This document shows positions 1-10,064 of a DNA stretch of 20,650 nucleotides, one piece after another. Origin of the DNA: Oligoflexales bacterium (GTDB lineage Bacteria; Bdellovibrionota_B; Oligoflexia; Oligoflexales; Bog-1112); assembly GCA_045105515.1 (NCBI GenBank), contig JBGCDR010000077.1:1-20650 (forward strand), written 5' to 3'. The number at the start of each line of letters is the position of its first letter. Position 1 is the stretch's first letter. Made by a program: the position numbers and the translations under genes. The notes below the pieces were generated by a model. It was not told the DNA's origin and ran no database searches. It worked only from the letters and a program-made list of their open reading frames with translations.

Positions 1-96
1 TAGGGAATATCTCTTTCCTTTGGCTTTTCTATAGTCTGGCAATTGTTGGCAAGAATGAATAAAAATTCCGATGGTGGTAGATTCAAGGTCTATCAT
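1..96 (-). CDS. ISAs1-family transposase, N-terminal 32 aa (truncated by the window edge)
   Basis: AAGGAG ribosome-binding site, then ATG at 96. The frame is open to position 1: MIDLESTTIGIFIHSCQQLPDYRKAKGKRYSL. LPDYRKAKGKRYSL fits the lpDpR..xGkRY.L start of the DDE_Tnp_1_assoc domain of ISAs1 transposases. Confidence 0.8.
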   Translation of the reverse strand, partial: MIDLESTTIGIFIHSCQQLPDYRKAKGKRYSL

Positions 97-252
97 TTTT
101 GGACTCCTTTTATTTTTTAATAAAAGTGAGCCATTTTTTTAAGTTTTTTCTTCCTATATTTTTTTTATCTAGTCACTTTTGGTACTGCGGCTTAGAATTT
201 TTCTGACCTATTTAATGAAAAATTGGAAAAAATCTTATTTGAATCAGCCCTG
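1..252 (-). mobile_element. ISAs1-family (H-repeat) insertion sequence, left end; the element continues beyond the window start
   Basis: The minus strand from 252 reads CAGGGCTGATTCAAATAAG, matching the CAGGG(C) start typical of ISAs1 terminal inverted repeats. It points into an ISAs1-type transposase N-terminus about 155 bp away. Confidence 0.75.
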
Positions 253-265
253 GAGGCTTGGCTTT

Positions 266-1087
266 TTAATGCCGCCTTTTCTTTTTCTTTCGACGTTTGA
301 TTTTACCTTTAGAATACTTTTTAGACTTAGGTACAAAAAAGGGATCGTCTTTGTGGTTTTTTAAAAAATTTGTAAGGTTATTTACTTCTTTTAAGCTCAA
401 GTCAAGGGGTTGAAAAAATAAACCAACATAGTCAGGCTTGAGTGGTGATATAGCACGGTATTCAATGTCGCTATCAAATTGAACATCAGCAAACACAAAA
501 GTACCACCATCAGAATATATTTCTAGAATTTCTTCTTCATCGTCCTCTAGATCTCCTAGAATTTGAATATCTATCATGATCTCGTCATATCCATCATCTT
601 CTTCAGCAGAAAAACTTGATACTACTGAATCAGAATCTTCAAGACCTTCCATACTCTCTGCCGAAGATATGCTATTTCTACGAATCAAACGATCACTAAT
701 TGTTCTTTGGAAGCGGTTTAATTGCTTTCTAGCTTTTTTAGCTGCCCTAGATCTATTTTCCCAACACTTGACCTCAGCGATAAGCACTACTTTGCTGTCA
801 GCTTTGCTTACCACTACGATATCTAATTCTCCCAATCTAATTCTATTTTCCTTTTCTGCTTCTTTTTCATAAACCACATTGGGAACAATCAAATAACTTC
901 GGAGTGGAAATTCTTTTTCGAGTTGTAATTCAGCAACCCGCTCACAAACTTTTCCAACATCTGAAACATCTTCAAAAGGAAGATTCTTAAGTTGCTGAAA
1001 ATATTCACGGCTTAACTTACTTACTGCGAACGAATATGAGGAGCTCGTAACTAGGGAAACTATGGTAATAACAAGAAATTTTAGCAT
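266..1087 (-). CDS. Secreted hypothetical protein with a PD-(D/E)XK restriction-endonuclease-like motif, an acidic insert and a polybasic C-terminus
   Basis: Signal-peptide-like N-terminus (MLKFLVITIVSLVTSSSYSFA). Motif G45xxxE49...GELD89IVV...E105VK107CW. Acidic D/E-rich middle region. The protein ends KSKKYSKGKIKRRKKKKRRH. Confidence 0.7.
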   Translation of the reverse strand: MLKFLVITIVSLVTSSSYSFAVSKLSREYFQQLKNLPFEDVSDVGKVCERVAELQLEKEFPLRSYLIVPNVVYEKEAEKENRIRLGELDIVVVSKADSKVVLIAEVKCWENRSRAAKKARKQLNRFQRTISDRLIRRNSISSAESMEGLEDSDSVVSSFSAEEDDGYDEIMIDIQILGDLEDDEEEILEIYSDGGTFVFADVQFDSDIEYRAISPLKPDYVGLFFQPLDLSLKEVNNLTNFLKNHKDDPFFVPKSKKYSKGKIKRRKKKKRRH

Positions 1088-1414
1088 ATAAAATTCCTAT
1101 ATTTAGACAAGACAGATCAATGAATTCTTAATATATGACTTACTAAAATTAGAGAGCAATTATTACTGCGGTCTTACCTCCAGGTCATTTTTTTTCAAAA
1201 AAAAAACGATGGTATAACATCGTTGTTATTCTACTTCTTCTTATTGATGAGTTTCTTTTTTTCAATTTAGCATGCAATATTAGCATTGAAAGACAAAACC
1301 CCAGAAAATAGCTTTTACTCTCATGTAGAGATAGACTATCCTGAACAGCTTGCCAAGAAAAAAATTTTTAAATGTCCCTAAGTGCCCAAGAGGTCGAAGG
1401 AATTAATAAAAGCT

Positions 1415-1443
1415 TTGAACATCAGACTACTATCCACTATAAT
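1415..1443 (+). promoter_or_regulatory. Sigma70-type promoter for the GST gene
   Basis: TTGAAC (1415-1420), a 17-nt spacer and TATAAT (1438-1443), 32 nt upstream of the TTG start at 1476. Confidence 0.6.
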
Positions 1444-1475
1444 CCACGCTTTTTTAATCATGTGAGACGATAAAC

Positions 1476-2090
1476 TTGATAAAGCTCTATGCCCATTCTT
1501 CATCACCCTATAGCCAAAGAGCTAGCCTGTTGCTTGAAGAATTGAAACTTGAATACAAATTTATCTCAGTGAATTTCGAACAAGAGGAACACAAATCAGA
1601 TCAATTTCAAATTTTGAATCCCTATGGTAGAGTCCCTTGCCTTGAATGGAACGAAATCAAGATATCAGAGTCTTTAGCTATCTGTCGCTATCTTATTGCC
1701 CGAACTGAGGCTTTTCATTTATACCCTTCGAACATATTAGAGCGCGCCCTTGTTGATCAATGGGTCGATTATACAAATATCCACCTAGGACTTGCATTCA
1801 CTAACTTAGCTTGGCAACGTTATTGGTGCCCTCTATTCGGCATGACAACAGACCATCAGCATGCAAATAGGCTCGAAAAAAGAATAAAAAAAGAATTGCC
1901 AATTCTCGAACATCAGCTAACAAACAGGTCGTACTTGCTTTCAGAATCTCCTACCCTATGTGATTTTAGTTTTTTCCCTCAGATTGGGGTCTACGACAAA
2001 GCAAAGATAAGTCTGGAAGAATATCCGAAGATCATGAACTGGTTGAAGATCATGACAAAGCGAGATACTTGGAAAGCCTTACTCTCCTAA
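1476..2090 (+). CDS. Glutathione S-transferase family protein
   Basis: N-terminal thioredoxin-like GST motifs (SPYSQR, LNPYGRVPCL, ISESLAICRYL) and a C-terminal helical domain (YLLSESPTLCDF, YPKIMNW). TTG start. Confidence 0.93.
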   Translation: MIKLYAHSSSPYSQRASLLLEELKLEYKFISVNFEQEEHKSDQFQILNPYGRVPCLEWNEIKISESLAICRYLIARTEAFHLYPSNILERALVDQWVDYTNIHLGLAFTNLAWQRYWCPLFGMTTDHQHANRLEKRIKKELPILEHQLTNRSYLLSESPTLCDFSFFPQIGVYDKAKISLEEYPKIMNWLKIMTKRDTWKALLS

Positions 2091-2284
2091 TAATTCTCAA
2101 CCTTGTTTTTACAATTTTCATCTACTTTTGCACCACAAATTTGGCAGTCACCATCATCACTCTGATACACATTATTAAGCCCTCCACACGAGCCAGAAAT
2201 AGGCTTGCGCTTGAAGATAACCCCTACTGACATTGCAAGGATCACCAAGCTAAAAGTGACAAAGACAACAAAAAAAGTACCCAT
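2087..2284 (-). CDS. nqrM: Na+-NQR maturation factor NqrM (DUF539)
   Basis: A single transmembrane helix followed by MSVGVIFKRKPISGSCGGL and further Cys residues (CQIC, C). It lies directly after apbE in the nqr operon. Confidence 0.92.
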   Translation of the reverse strand: MGTFFVVFVTFSLVILAMSVGVIFKRKPISGSCGGLNNVYQSDDGDCQICGAKVDENCKNKVENY

Positions 2285-2285
2285 T

Positions 2286-3365
2286 TTAACTTCTCCGCTG
2301 CTCAGGAATAGATTTCAAAAATGCGGCAAAGTCCTGGTTATACCACTCCAAAAAATCATTGTCTTGCTTTTCAATCAGGTAGACTGGAATCCTAAGTACC
2401 TGGGCAATTTCCTTAACTTTTTTCTCATCTAAAACAGAGAAGGCTGTTGCCCAAGCATCGGCCAGCATACTTGAAGAACTGATCACTGTCACAGAAGCGA
2501 TCTTATGTTTTATGGGGTAGCCAGTTCTTGGGTCAATAATATGGGAAAACCTTTGTCCGTCCTCTTCGTAATAATTTCTATAGTCACCTGAAGTTGCAAT
2601 TGCCGAATCACCCAACTGCACAACCCTAAATATAGACCTTCTAAAGTCATTTTCGCTCGGCCTCTCAACTGCAATTTCCCAAGGTGTGCCAAACTTATTC
2701 CCCGAAGTCCGGATCTCGCCTCCAATCTCTGCGATGAAATTTGAATACCCACGCGAAATCAATAAATCCGCAAGAACATCGACTCCATATCCTTTTGCAA
2801 TTCCTGATAGGTCAACGTAAGTTCTAAAATCTGCCTTCTTGACAGCTGGTGGTTCATCCTGGATGGATAGTAAAGAAAACTTGCTGTATTCGAGAATCCC
2901 TTCAATCTTTGCTTGCTGAGGAATGCTGAGCGGTCTGTCCATAGGCCCAAACCCCCACAGATTTACTAGAGGTCCGATTGCAATATCAAATGCGCCTTCG
3001 CTCAATTTCCCTATCTGAATTCCTGCCTTGAGCACCTTAAGGGTCTTTGAGGAAACATTAAACCAGTCAAGGGAACGAGAACTATTAAACAAAGAAAGCT
3101 CAGATTCAGGAATATAGGTCGACATGAGCATGTTGACCTCTTTGAGAGCTTGTTCACACGCAAGCTCTAATCCATGCTTACTCTGCATATCTAGCTGCTC
3201 AGCCACCTTGACCGTATAGCTCGTCCCCATAGTAGGCCCAGACCAAATAGCAAGTGCTTGCTGGTCCGGGGAAGCGCTGGGATGATTCTTACTTTTCCAA
3301 ATAGACTGTAAAATGAAAAAGCTAGAAGCAAACGAAGCAAAAATTATCAAGAGGGTTAGCTTCAA
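2286..3365 (-). CDS. apbE: FAD:protein FMN transferase ApbE
   Basis: Motifs GPTMGTSY, MSTYIPESELSLFN, GAFDIAIGPLVNLWGFG, DLSGIAKGYGVD, EIGGE, ATSGDYRNY, SHIIDPRTG and ADAWATA. The likely start is TTG at 3365, just after the nqrF stop, rather than GTG at 3413. Confidence 0.95.
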   Translation of the reverse strand: MKLTLLIIFASFASSFFILQSIWKSKNHPSASPDQQALAIWSGPTMGTSYTVKVAEQLDMQSKHGLELACEQALKEVNMLMSTYIPESELSLFNSSRSLDWFNVSSKTLKVLKAGIQIGKLSEGAFDIAIGPLVNLWGFGPMDRPLSIPQQAKIEGILEYSKFSLLSIQDEPPAVKKADFRTYVDLSGIAKGYGVDVLADLLISRGYSNFIAEIGGEIRTSGNKFGTPWEIAVERPSENDFRRSIFRVVQLGDSAIATSGDYRNYYEEDGQRFSHIIDPRTGYPIKHKIASVTVISSSSMLADAWATAFSVLDEKKVKEIAQVLRIPVYLIEKQDNDFLEWYNQDFAAFLKSIPEQRRS

Positions 3366-3369
3366 ACTT

Positions 3370-4593
3370 TTAACCCCCAAAATCATCCAGCATAATGTTT
3401 TCTTCCTCGACACCTAGATCAAGTAGCATATTGATGACAGCTGTGTTCATCATTGGTGGTCCACATAGGTAGTATTCAAGGTCTTCTGCATTAGGATGGT
3501 CTTTTAGATAATTCTCATATAGCACCTGATGTATAAAACCAGTATCACCGGTCCAATTATCTTCCTTGAGGGGGTCAGACAGTGCAACATGCCAAGTGAA
3601 GTTCTCATTCTCTTCTTGCAGCTTGTCGAAATCCTCGGTGTAGAACATCTCACGCTTGCTCCGGGCACCGTACCAGAAAGTCATTTTGCGTTTAGTGTGA
3701 ATACGCCTGAGTTGATCAAAAATATGGGAACGCATTGGCGCCATACCCGCACCACCACCGATAAACACCATTTCATTATCAGTTTCCTTGGCAAAGAACT
3801 CACCAAATGGCCCAGAAATCGTAACTTTATCACCAGGCTTTAGATCGAATATATATGAAGACATGATACCAGGCGGTGCACTATCCATACGAGGAGGTGG
3901 TGTAGCTATCCTAACGTTGAGCATGATAATACCCTTTTCCTCAGGATAGTTTGCCATTGAGTAAGCTCTTATGGTTGTGTCGTCAACCTTGGACTTGTAC
4001 TTCCACAAATTAAACTTATCCCAATCACCTTTGTACTCTTCTTCAACTTTAAATGATTTGAAGTCAAGTTCATGGGGAGGGCATTCAATTTGGATAAAAC
4101 CACCAGCTCGGAAGTCTACATTCTCTCCAGCAGGTAATTCTAAAACCAGCTCTTTGATAAAGGTAGCAACATTTTCATTGGAACGAACCGTACATTCCCA
4201 CTTACGACAGTCAAAAACCTCAGCGGGAACTTCTATACGCATATCTTGCTTACAAGCCACTTGGCAAGAAAGTCTGACTCCTTCTTTGGCCTCCTTTTTA
4301 TTAATATGCGATTTTTCGGTAGCAAGTAAATCACCACCTCCTTCGAGCACTTTCACTTTGCATTGAGCACAAGTTCCCCCACCACCACACGCTGAGGAAA
4401 CAAATATCTTTTCAGAGGCGAGTGCATTAAGAAGTTTTCCTCCTGCTGGCACCTTGATTGCTTTAGAGCTATCATCATTGATAAGAATATTAATATCACC
4501 ACTAGCAACCAACTTAGACCTTGCGAGCAGGATAAAAGCCACCAAACATAAGATGACAGTGGTGAACATAAAGACACCGAGCACTATTTCCAT
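3370..4593 (-). CDS. nqrF: Na+-translocating NADH:quinone oxidoreductase subunit F
   Basis: N-terminal transmembrane helix, 2Fe-2S motif [12 protein letters not shown]...RLSCQ, FAD motif RAYSMAN, NAD motif [15 protein letters not shown] and C-terminal DDFGG; 407 aa. Confidence 0.98.
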   Translation of the reverse strand: MEIVLGVFMFTTVILCLVAFILLARSKLVASGDINILINDDSSKAIKVPAGGKLLNALASEKIFVSSACGGGGTCAQCKVKVLEGGGDLLATEKSHINKKEAKEGVRLSCQVACKQDMRIEVPAEVFDCRKWECTVRSNENVATFIKELVLELPAGENVDFRAGGFIQIECPPHELDFKSFKVEEEYKGDWDKFNLWKYKSKVDDTTIRAYSMANYPEEKGIIMLNVRIATPPPRMDSAPPGIMSSYIFDLKPGDKVTISGPFGEFFAKETDNEMVFIGGGAGMAPMRSHIFDQLRRIHTKRKMTFWYGARSKREMFYTEDFDKLQEENENFTWHVALSDPLKEDNWTGDTGFIHQVLYENYLKDHPNAEDLEYYLCGPPMMNTAVINMLLDLGVEEENIMLDDFGG

Positions 4594-4633
4594 TAATCTA
4601 TCCTTTTTATAACTGGTCCGAGAAATTGACCGA

Positions 4634-5242
4634 CTACAGCTGAATTCCTGAAAAAGCCATAAACCCTAGCGCCATCAAACCAACAGTAATAAAGGTGATC
4701 CCCAGCCCTTTTAGACCATCTGGAACATCGCTATATTTGAGCTTCTCACGAATCCCAGCTAAAGCTGCAATAGCCAAAGCCCAACCAAAACCTGAACCTA
4801 GACCATAGACAATACTTTCTGTGAGGTTGTAATCCCTCTCCACCATAAATAAGCTGCCACCAAGAATGGCGCAATTTACAGTAATGAGGGGCAAGAAGAT
4901 GCCCAAAGCGTTGTATAGCGGTGGAAAAAACTTATCCAAAAACATTTCCAGGATTTGGACTATCGCCGCAATTACACCAATGTAGGAAATAAGTCCCAAG
5001 AATCGCAAATCAACATTTTCTAGACCAGCCCAGGACAAAGCCCCTTCGTTAAGAAGATATTGATAAATCACATTATTAACAGGTACCGTAATAGTTTGGA
5101 CCACAATAACTGCGACACCCAAGCCAACTGCGGTTTTTACCTGCTTAGAAACGGCTAAAAAAGTACACATCCCGAGAAAAAATGCTAAAGCCATATTTTC
5201 AATAAAAACGGCCTTAATAAATAAATTAATATAATGCTGCAC
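4634..5242 (-). CDS. nqrE: Na+-NQR subunit E
   Basis: [31 protein letters not shown] and C-terminal FSGIQL; position in the operon. Confidence 0.97.
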   Translation of the reverse strand: MQHYINLFIKAVFIENMALAFFLGMCTFLAVSKQVKTAVGLGVAVIVVQTITVPVNNVIYQYLLNEGALSWAGLENVDLRFLGLISYIGVIAAIVQILEMFLDKFFPPLYNALGIFLPLITVNCAILGGSLFMVERDYNLTESIVYGLGSGFGWALAIAALAGIREKLKYSDVPDGLKGLGITFITVGLMALGFMAFSGIQL

Positions 5243-5247
5243 GATCT

Positions 5248-5874
5248 CTACCCCTCATGTTCTACTTGGTCTTTTTTCCAGGACCGCAGTAACCAAATGA
5301 ATAAGCCAATGATAAAAAAGGCACTTGGCGGTAAGAACATTAAGCCATTAGGAACATACCAGCCATTTTCGCTTGCCAAAGGCAGGATCTGCACATCGTA
5401 AAGCTTTCCGCCACCAAAAAGTTCTCGGATAACCCCAACAAAAAATAGTACCGCACTATATCCTAAACCATTGCCAATGCCATCAAGCAAGCTAGGGATT
5501 GGAGGGTTTTGCATGGCAAAAGCTTCTGCCCGACCCATCACTATGCAGTTGGTAATAATTAGTCCCACAAATACAGAAAGTTCTTTGCTCACGGAAAACA
5601 TGAAAGCTTTTAATATCTGATCAACTAAAATCACCAGGGAGGCAATGATAGCCATTTGCGCAATGATACGAATGCTATTCGGTATATAGTTTCTGATCAA
5701 ACTCACAGAAAAGTTCGATAAGGCAACCACAAAAATCACGGCTATGCACATAGTGGTAGTGGTTTTGAGATTCGATGTTACAGCCAACGCAGAACAAATT
5801 CCAAGAATCTGTAATGCAATGGGGTTGTTTACGAAAATAGGACCCAGAAGGATATCCTTACTTTTGTCCGCCAT
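5248..5874 (-). CDS. nqrD: Na+-NQR subunit D
   Basis: [36 protein letters not shown] and PPSAFF; position in the operon. Confidence 0.97.
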   Translation of the reverse strand: MADKSKDILLGPIFVNNPIALQILGICSALAVTSNLKTTTTMCIAVIFVVALSNFSVSLIRNYIPNSIRIIAQMAIIASLVILVDQILKAFMFSVSKELSVFVGLIITNCIVMGRAEAFAMQNPPIPSLLDGIGNGLGYSAVLFFVGVIRELFGGGKLYDVQILPLASENGWYVPNGLMFLPPSAFFIIGLFIWLLRSWKKDQVEHEG

Positions 5875-5887
5875 TTAATATAACTCC

Positions 5888-6664
5888 CTATGATTTTTCT
5901 TTAATGTGTTCAAAATAGTTTTTAAATCCATTTTCGCCAAGCCAGAAGCGTACCATATGACTTACCCCACGAGCTGTAATGGTAGCTCCCGACAAGCCAT
6001 CAACCTGATGAAGAGCCTCTTCACGGGCAAGGTCAACCTTGCCTTTAATGACCTCAATCTGTAGGTTTCCTGCTTTATCACGGATCTGCTTACCTTTCCA
6101 GCTAGCCTTCCAATTAGGATTATCCACCTCACCACCAAGGCCAGGTGTTTCTCCGTGTTCATAATAACCGAGGCCTTTTATTGTATTGCCATCAGAGCTT
6201 ACCGAGACAAAACCATATAAAGTCGACCAAAGACCTTTACCATGAATTGGAACCACCACCTGATCAAGCTTGCCATCTTTCTCAACTTCGTAGACGACAG
6301 CATAGCGGGCTATCATCCGCAAGCCAGCAAGATCGACTTTAGGGTCAAGCACAACCCTTTCCTCTGAGTTTTTAGATTCTTTATACTGATCATACTCTTG
6401 GGCATCCTGGCCTTCAACATAGCTACCATCAGCTAAATTAACCAGCTTAGGCTGCACAAACTTCTTAAACAATTTTTCTACTTCAGCACCTTCTTCATAG
6501 AGAGAGGCTGCCATTAAAATGTTGGTTTTCTTATCCAGAGCTTTGTTCTTTTCCTGGATAGGTCGTAGCTTGACTGCGGCAACCGAAACAATCACCGAGC
6601 ATACTAAACTCAGAGTAGCGGCGATTATTATAGTTTGCTTTACCGTATCTTTTCCTTGACTCAA
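5888..6664 (-). CDS. nqrC: Na+-NQR subunit C
   Basis: N-terminal transmembrane helix, GKGLWS, HGETPGLGGEV and the covalent-FMN motif VDGLSGATIT. TTG start with a GGAAGGGG ribosome-binding site. Confidence 0.97.
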   Translation of the reverse strand: MSQGKDTVKQTIIIAATLSLVCSVIVSVAAVKLRPIQEKNKALDKKTNILMAASLYEEGAEVEKLFKKFVQPKLVNLADGSYVEGQDAQEYDQYKESKNSEERVVLDPKVDLAGLRMIARYAVVYEVEKDGKLDQVVVPIHGKGLWSTLYGFVSVSSDGNTIKGLGYYEHGETPGLGGEVDNPNWKASWKGKQIRDKAGNLQIEVIKGKVDLAREEALHQVDGLSGATITARGVSHMVRFWLGENGFKNYFEHIKEKS

Positions 6665-6687
6665 GTTTAACCCCTTCCTAGTCGGTC

Positions 6688-7902
6688 CTATTCAACAGCA
6701 GTACGAGCTTGTCTACGTTTGATATTAGCTTGAACTACGTAATAATCGATCAAAGGTGCAAATAAATTTCCAAATAAGATGGAAAGCATGACCCCTTCAG
6801 GGAAGGCAGGGTTGAGCGAACGCACAATAATTGACATAGCTCCTATAAGAAAGCCATAAACCCACTTGCCTGTCTTTGTCATTGCCGCAGACACAGGGTC
6901 TGTGGCCATAAAAACCATACCAAAAGCAAAGCTACCAATCACAAAATGCCATAAAGGGCTCACGCTAAACATGGGGTTAGTGCTGCTACCGGTACAATAA
7001 AGAAGGGTAGACACACTAAAGCCGCCAAAAAGCATACTTAGCATAATGCGCCAAGAGCCTATTCCCGTGGTAACCAGAAGGCCTGCTCCCATTAGGCAAG
7101 CTAGAGTGGAGGTTTCTCCCATGGAACCAGGAATAATTCCTAAGAACGAGTCCCAAAGAGAGAAACTCGCTTCAAGACCCTGAACACCATCTACTGCAGC
7201 AACTGCTAAAGCTGTTGCGCCGCTAAAACCGTCCACTGCAGTCCAAACAGCATCCCCAGAAATATCTGCCGGATAAGCAAAGAATAGAAACGCCCTTGCA
7301 GTCAAAGCTGGATTAAGGAAATTCTTACCAGTGCCCCCAAAGACTTCTTTGCCAATGATTACTCCAAAAGCAATACCCACTGCTACCTGCCACAAAGGAA
7401 TGGTTGGAGGTAGAGTTAAGGGAAAAAGGATTCCAGTTACCAGAAAGCCTTCGTTGATTTCATGCTTTCTTATGATCGAGAAGGTTGCTTCACAAATACC
7501 CCCAACTATGTTGGTGACTAAGAAGACTGGAACAAAATAAAGGGCTCCATGAGCCAAGTTTGAGAGAAAACATCCGGAATCGAAAGACAAACCCAACCAA
7601 GCTAGTACGATCCCTCGCCAGGTATCCAAGCTAGTGACACCCTGGGATTGTAGGATATGATTTGCCTGCAGGCCTGTGTTAAACATCGCCATAAATATGC
7701 AGGGGCCCAGAGCAACGCCAACGGTTACCATGATACGCTTCAAGTCAATGCTATCCCGCACATGACTTGCCCCCTTTGTTATCTCCCCGGGAGTAAACAA
7801 GAAGGTATCCGCCATTTCATAAAGAGGATAAAGCTTCTCTAACTTGCCTCCTGAAGAAAAATGCGGGTGAATCTGATCAAAAAAGTTTCGCAGTGCCTTC
7901 AT
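6688..7902 (-). CDS. nqrB: Na+-NQR subunit B
   Basis: [29 protein letters not shown] motif [15 protein letters not shown] and FMATDPVS. The likely start is ATG at 7902, 1 nt after the nqrA stop. Confidence 0.97.
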   Translation of the reverse strand: MKALRNFFDQIHPHFSSGGKLEKLYPLYEMADTFLFTPGEITKGASHVRDSIDLKRIMVTVGVALGPCIFMAMFNTGLQANHILQSQGVTSLDTWRGIVLAWLGLSFDSGCFLSNLAHGALYFVPVFLVTNIVGGICEATFSIIRKHEINEGFLVTGILFPLTLPPTIPLWQVAVGIAFGVIIGKEVFGGTGKNFLNPALTARAFLFFAYPADISGDAVWTAVDGFSGATALAVAAVDGVQGLEASFSLWDSFLGIIPGSMGETSTLACLMGAGLLVTTGIGSWRIMLSMLFGGFSVSTLLYCTGSSTNPMFSVSPLWHFVIGSFAFGMVFMATDPVSAAMTKTGKWVYGFLIGAMSIIVRSLNPAFPEGVMLSILFGNLFAPLIDYYVVQANIKRRQARTAVE

Positions 7903-7903
7903 C

Positions 7904-9253
7904 CTACCCTTCCTTTTCAATGGTCGTAAGGATCTCCCTCAACATCGGCCCATATTCTACCTTACCTGGACATACAAATGTACAGAGACCTAAATCTTCT
8001 TCATCCAACTCTAAGGCTCCAAGTAATGCAGCCTGCTCAGTGTCCTTAGACAAAAGTGAGCGCAACAAAAAAGTTGGCTCTACATCTAAAGGCATCACTT
8101 TTTCGTAAGATCCCACAGGAACCATTGCTCTCACACTCCCACCTGTGGAAGTGGTAAAGGGAAAACGCCGTCCACCAGGCAACAGTTTTGAGAAAAAAGC
8201 ATTCTTGACAGAATACTTATCAAAACCTGGCATCTGCCATCCTAAAAGTTCTCGCTCTCTTCCTTCTTCTAGAACACACACCTGAAGATGGTATCGACCC
8301 AAAAAACTAAGTGGTCCCTGAGCATGATGACCGGAAAAAAGCGAACCTGAAACAACTCGAAGTTCAGCATCCTCTACCAGATCTTTACAGAGATCGTCAG
8401 TATTTGCCCCTAAAGGCACCTCGTATAAACTCGGATTTTTCACCATTGGTCCACCAAGAGAAATGACCCTCTTGCTCCAAAGCTTACCTGTGGTAAAGAG
8501 TTTTCCGATTCCAATTACATCCTGATAGGAAATATGCCAAACTGTTTTGCGTTCGCTAACAGGTTCGAGAAAGTGAATATGTGTCCCGACCAAACCAGCA
8601 GGATGCACCCCTGAAAAAGTGTTTACTTTCAACTTTTTGGGGAGCTCTTTAGGAAGATAGGTATGAGGATCATGACAGAGGTAAACCACTCCATCTGTGA
8701 GATGCTCTATAGTTTTCAGCCCATTTTCGAAGTCTTTCATATGAGCTTCAATGACAACCCCTGGATATGGAGACAGAGGATTGGTATCCATTGCATTAAC
8801 AAATATAGCTGCTGGCTTACTTTCCAGGCTTGGAATCCGACTGAAAGGTCTGGTTCGAAAACTAGTCCATAGACCTGATTTGACTAAATTTGCTTTTACT
8901 TTTTCAAGGCCTAAGCTACTTAGCTCGGAATTCTTGTAGGAATCGAAGGAAACGGCTTCGTCTTTACCATCCAGCTCTATCTGCACTGATTGCAGCGCTC
9001 TACGATTACCTCGATTAATTGCCGCAACTTTTCCACTTGCAGGTGCAGTGAAGATAACCCCAGGGTTTTTTTTGTCAGAGAATAATTCTTGGCCAGATTT
9101 AACCTCTTCTCCCACCTTGACTGCCATAGTCGGTTTCATGCCCACATAGTCATCTCCAATGACTGCCACAGATCTGATGTTCGGACACTCACCCAGCTCC
9201 TGCCTTGGTTCCCCCTCGATGGGCAAGTCAAGGCCCTTCTTAATCTTTATCAT
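7904..9253 (-). CDS. nqrA: Na+-NQR subunit A
   Basis: [12 protein letters not shown] start with a GGAG ribosome-binding site before ATG at 9253. Also [38 protein letters not shown] and C-terminal IEKEG. Confidence 0.97.
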   Translation of the reverse strand: MIKIKKGLDLPIEGEPRQELGECPNIRSVAVIGDDYVGMKPTMAVKVGEEVKSGQELFSDKKNPGVIFTAPASGKVAAINRGNRRALQSVQIELDGKDEAVSFDSYKNSELSSLGLEKVKANLVKSGLWTSFRTRPFSRIPSLESKPAAIFVNAMDTNPLSPYPGVVIEAHMKDFENGLKTIEHLTDGVVYLCHDPHTYLPKELPKKLKVNTFSGVHPAGLVGTHIHFLEPVSERKTVWHISYQDVIGIGKLFTTGKLWSKRVISLGGPMVKNPSLYEVPLGANTDDLCKDLVEDAELRVVSGSLFSGHHAQGPLSFLGRYHLQVCVLEEGRERELLGWQMPGFDKYSVKNAFFSKLLPGGRRFPFTTSTGGSVRAMVPVGSYEKVMPLDVEPTFLLRSLLSKDTEQAALLGALELDEEDLGLCTFVCPGKVEYGPMLREILTTIEKEG

Positions 9254-9311
9254 ACGTCTCCGTTCCTGTGTTTCACCCATGTGGGTTCTGGCTGAATCAT
9301 AAGCTATTGGC

Positions 9312-9339
9312 AATGTACCAATTTCTATGATTCAAGCAA
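9312..9339 (-). promoter_or_regulatory. Candidate sigma70 promoter of the nqr operon
   Basis: The minus strand has TTGCTT-N16-TACATT with an extended -10 TG, about 60 nt upstream of the nqrA ATG. Confidence 0.3.
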
Positions 9340-10064
9340 CCAAGTTTTACCCGCATCACCCACGCCTTCAAGCAAGAATAATGTAGCAAGGGCGCTACCC
9401 TTCAGCTAAAACTTTTTTCTGACCTAAATTTTGGCTGAAAATGCAAAGTATAGCACAACTGCATGAAAGCATCTGTTCGCGTGATCTTTTTTTAGGCATG
9501 AGCCTTAGCACGGAACATTTTAGACTTAGAAGCTTTGCTGTATATGATAACTTGCACGTCGTGAAGGGCGACAACTTTTGTTGAACTATGATCGGCATTG
9601 AGTCCAGACAGATAAAAATCATTCTCCAAAATTTACTGTCTGCACCGGTTCTAAAATTTTTCTAAGACTTATTCCAATATTTTTCATCTTCTGTATTATT
9701 TCAGCTTACTACATTTCTTCATTACGTTTAAAACATAGAGATAGAAATCGATAAAATTGTTGAATGATTTACAAAATAATTAAAAAAACCCTCTTTTTAA
9801 GGAATAATATCTGTTCCAATGAATTAGGTTGTTTATAATTGAAAAAATCTTATTAGGAGGGACTTTAAAGTATTATTCTCTAAGTAGGTACTGCTTCAGA
9901 CATCCAATAGCAATGGCAAATTACTTAAAATTTTTGTTATAATACATTTACATTTTTGTATAGCTTTTGGATCTATAGATATTCGTATTTACCATAAAAA
10001 ACAAACCAGGAAGTGGCATACAGACACATAGTAGGTTTGCAATTTTCTACTATCAGGAGCAAAG

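Noticed and set aside
179..364. 61-aa plus-strand ORF
   Set aside because: It straddles the IS end and is antisense to the 266-1087 gene; no recognisable motif.
3366..3413. ApbE start at GTG 3413
   Set aside because: It would overlap nqrF by 44 nt. TTG 3365 after the nqrF stop gives a normal N-terminal membrane anchor.
9254..9313. N-terminal extension of NqrA in the ORF track (start 9313)
   Set aside because: The canonical NqrA begins [11 protein letters not shown], and ATG 9253 has a GGAG ribosome-binding site.
9395..9622. 75-aa minus-strand ORF upstream of nqrA
   Set aside because: No recognisable motif, and it lies in the probable promoter region; likely spurious, though not excluded.
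9320..10060. Search for a riboswitch or ncRNA in the long intergenic region
   Set aside because: I could not recognise any conserved riboswitch, tRNA or strong structured-RNA motif by eye; an Infernal/Rfam scan would be needed.
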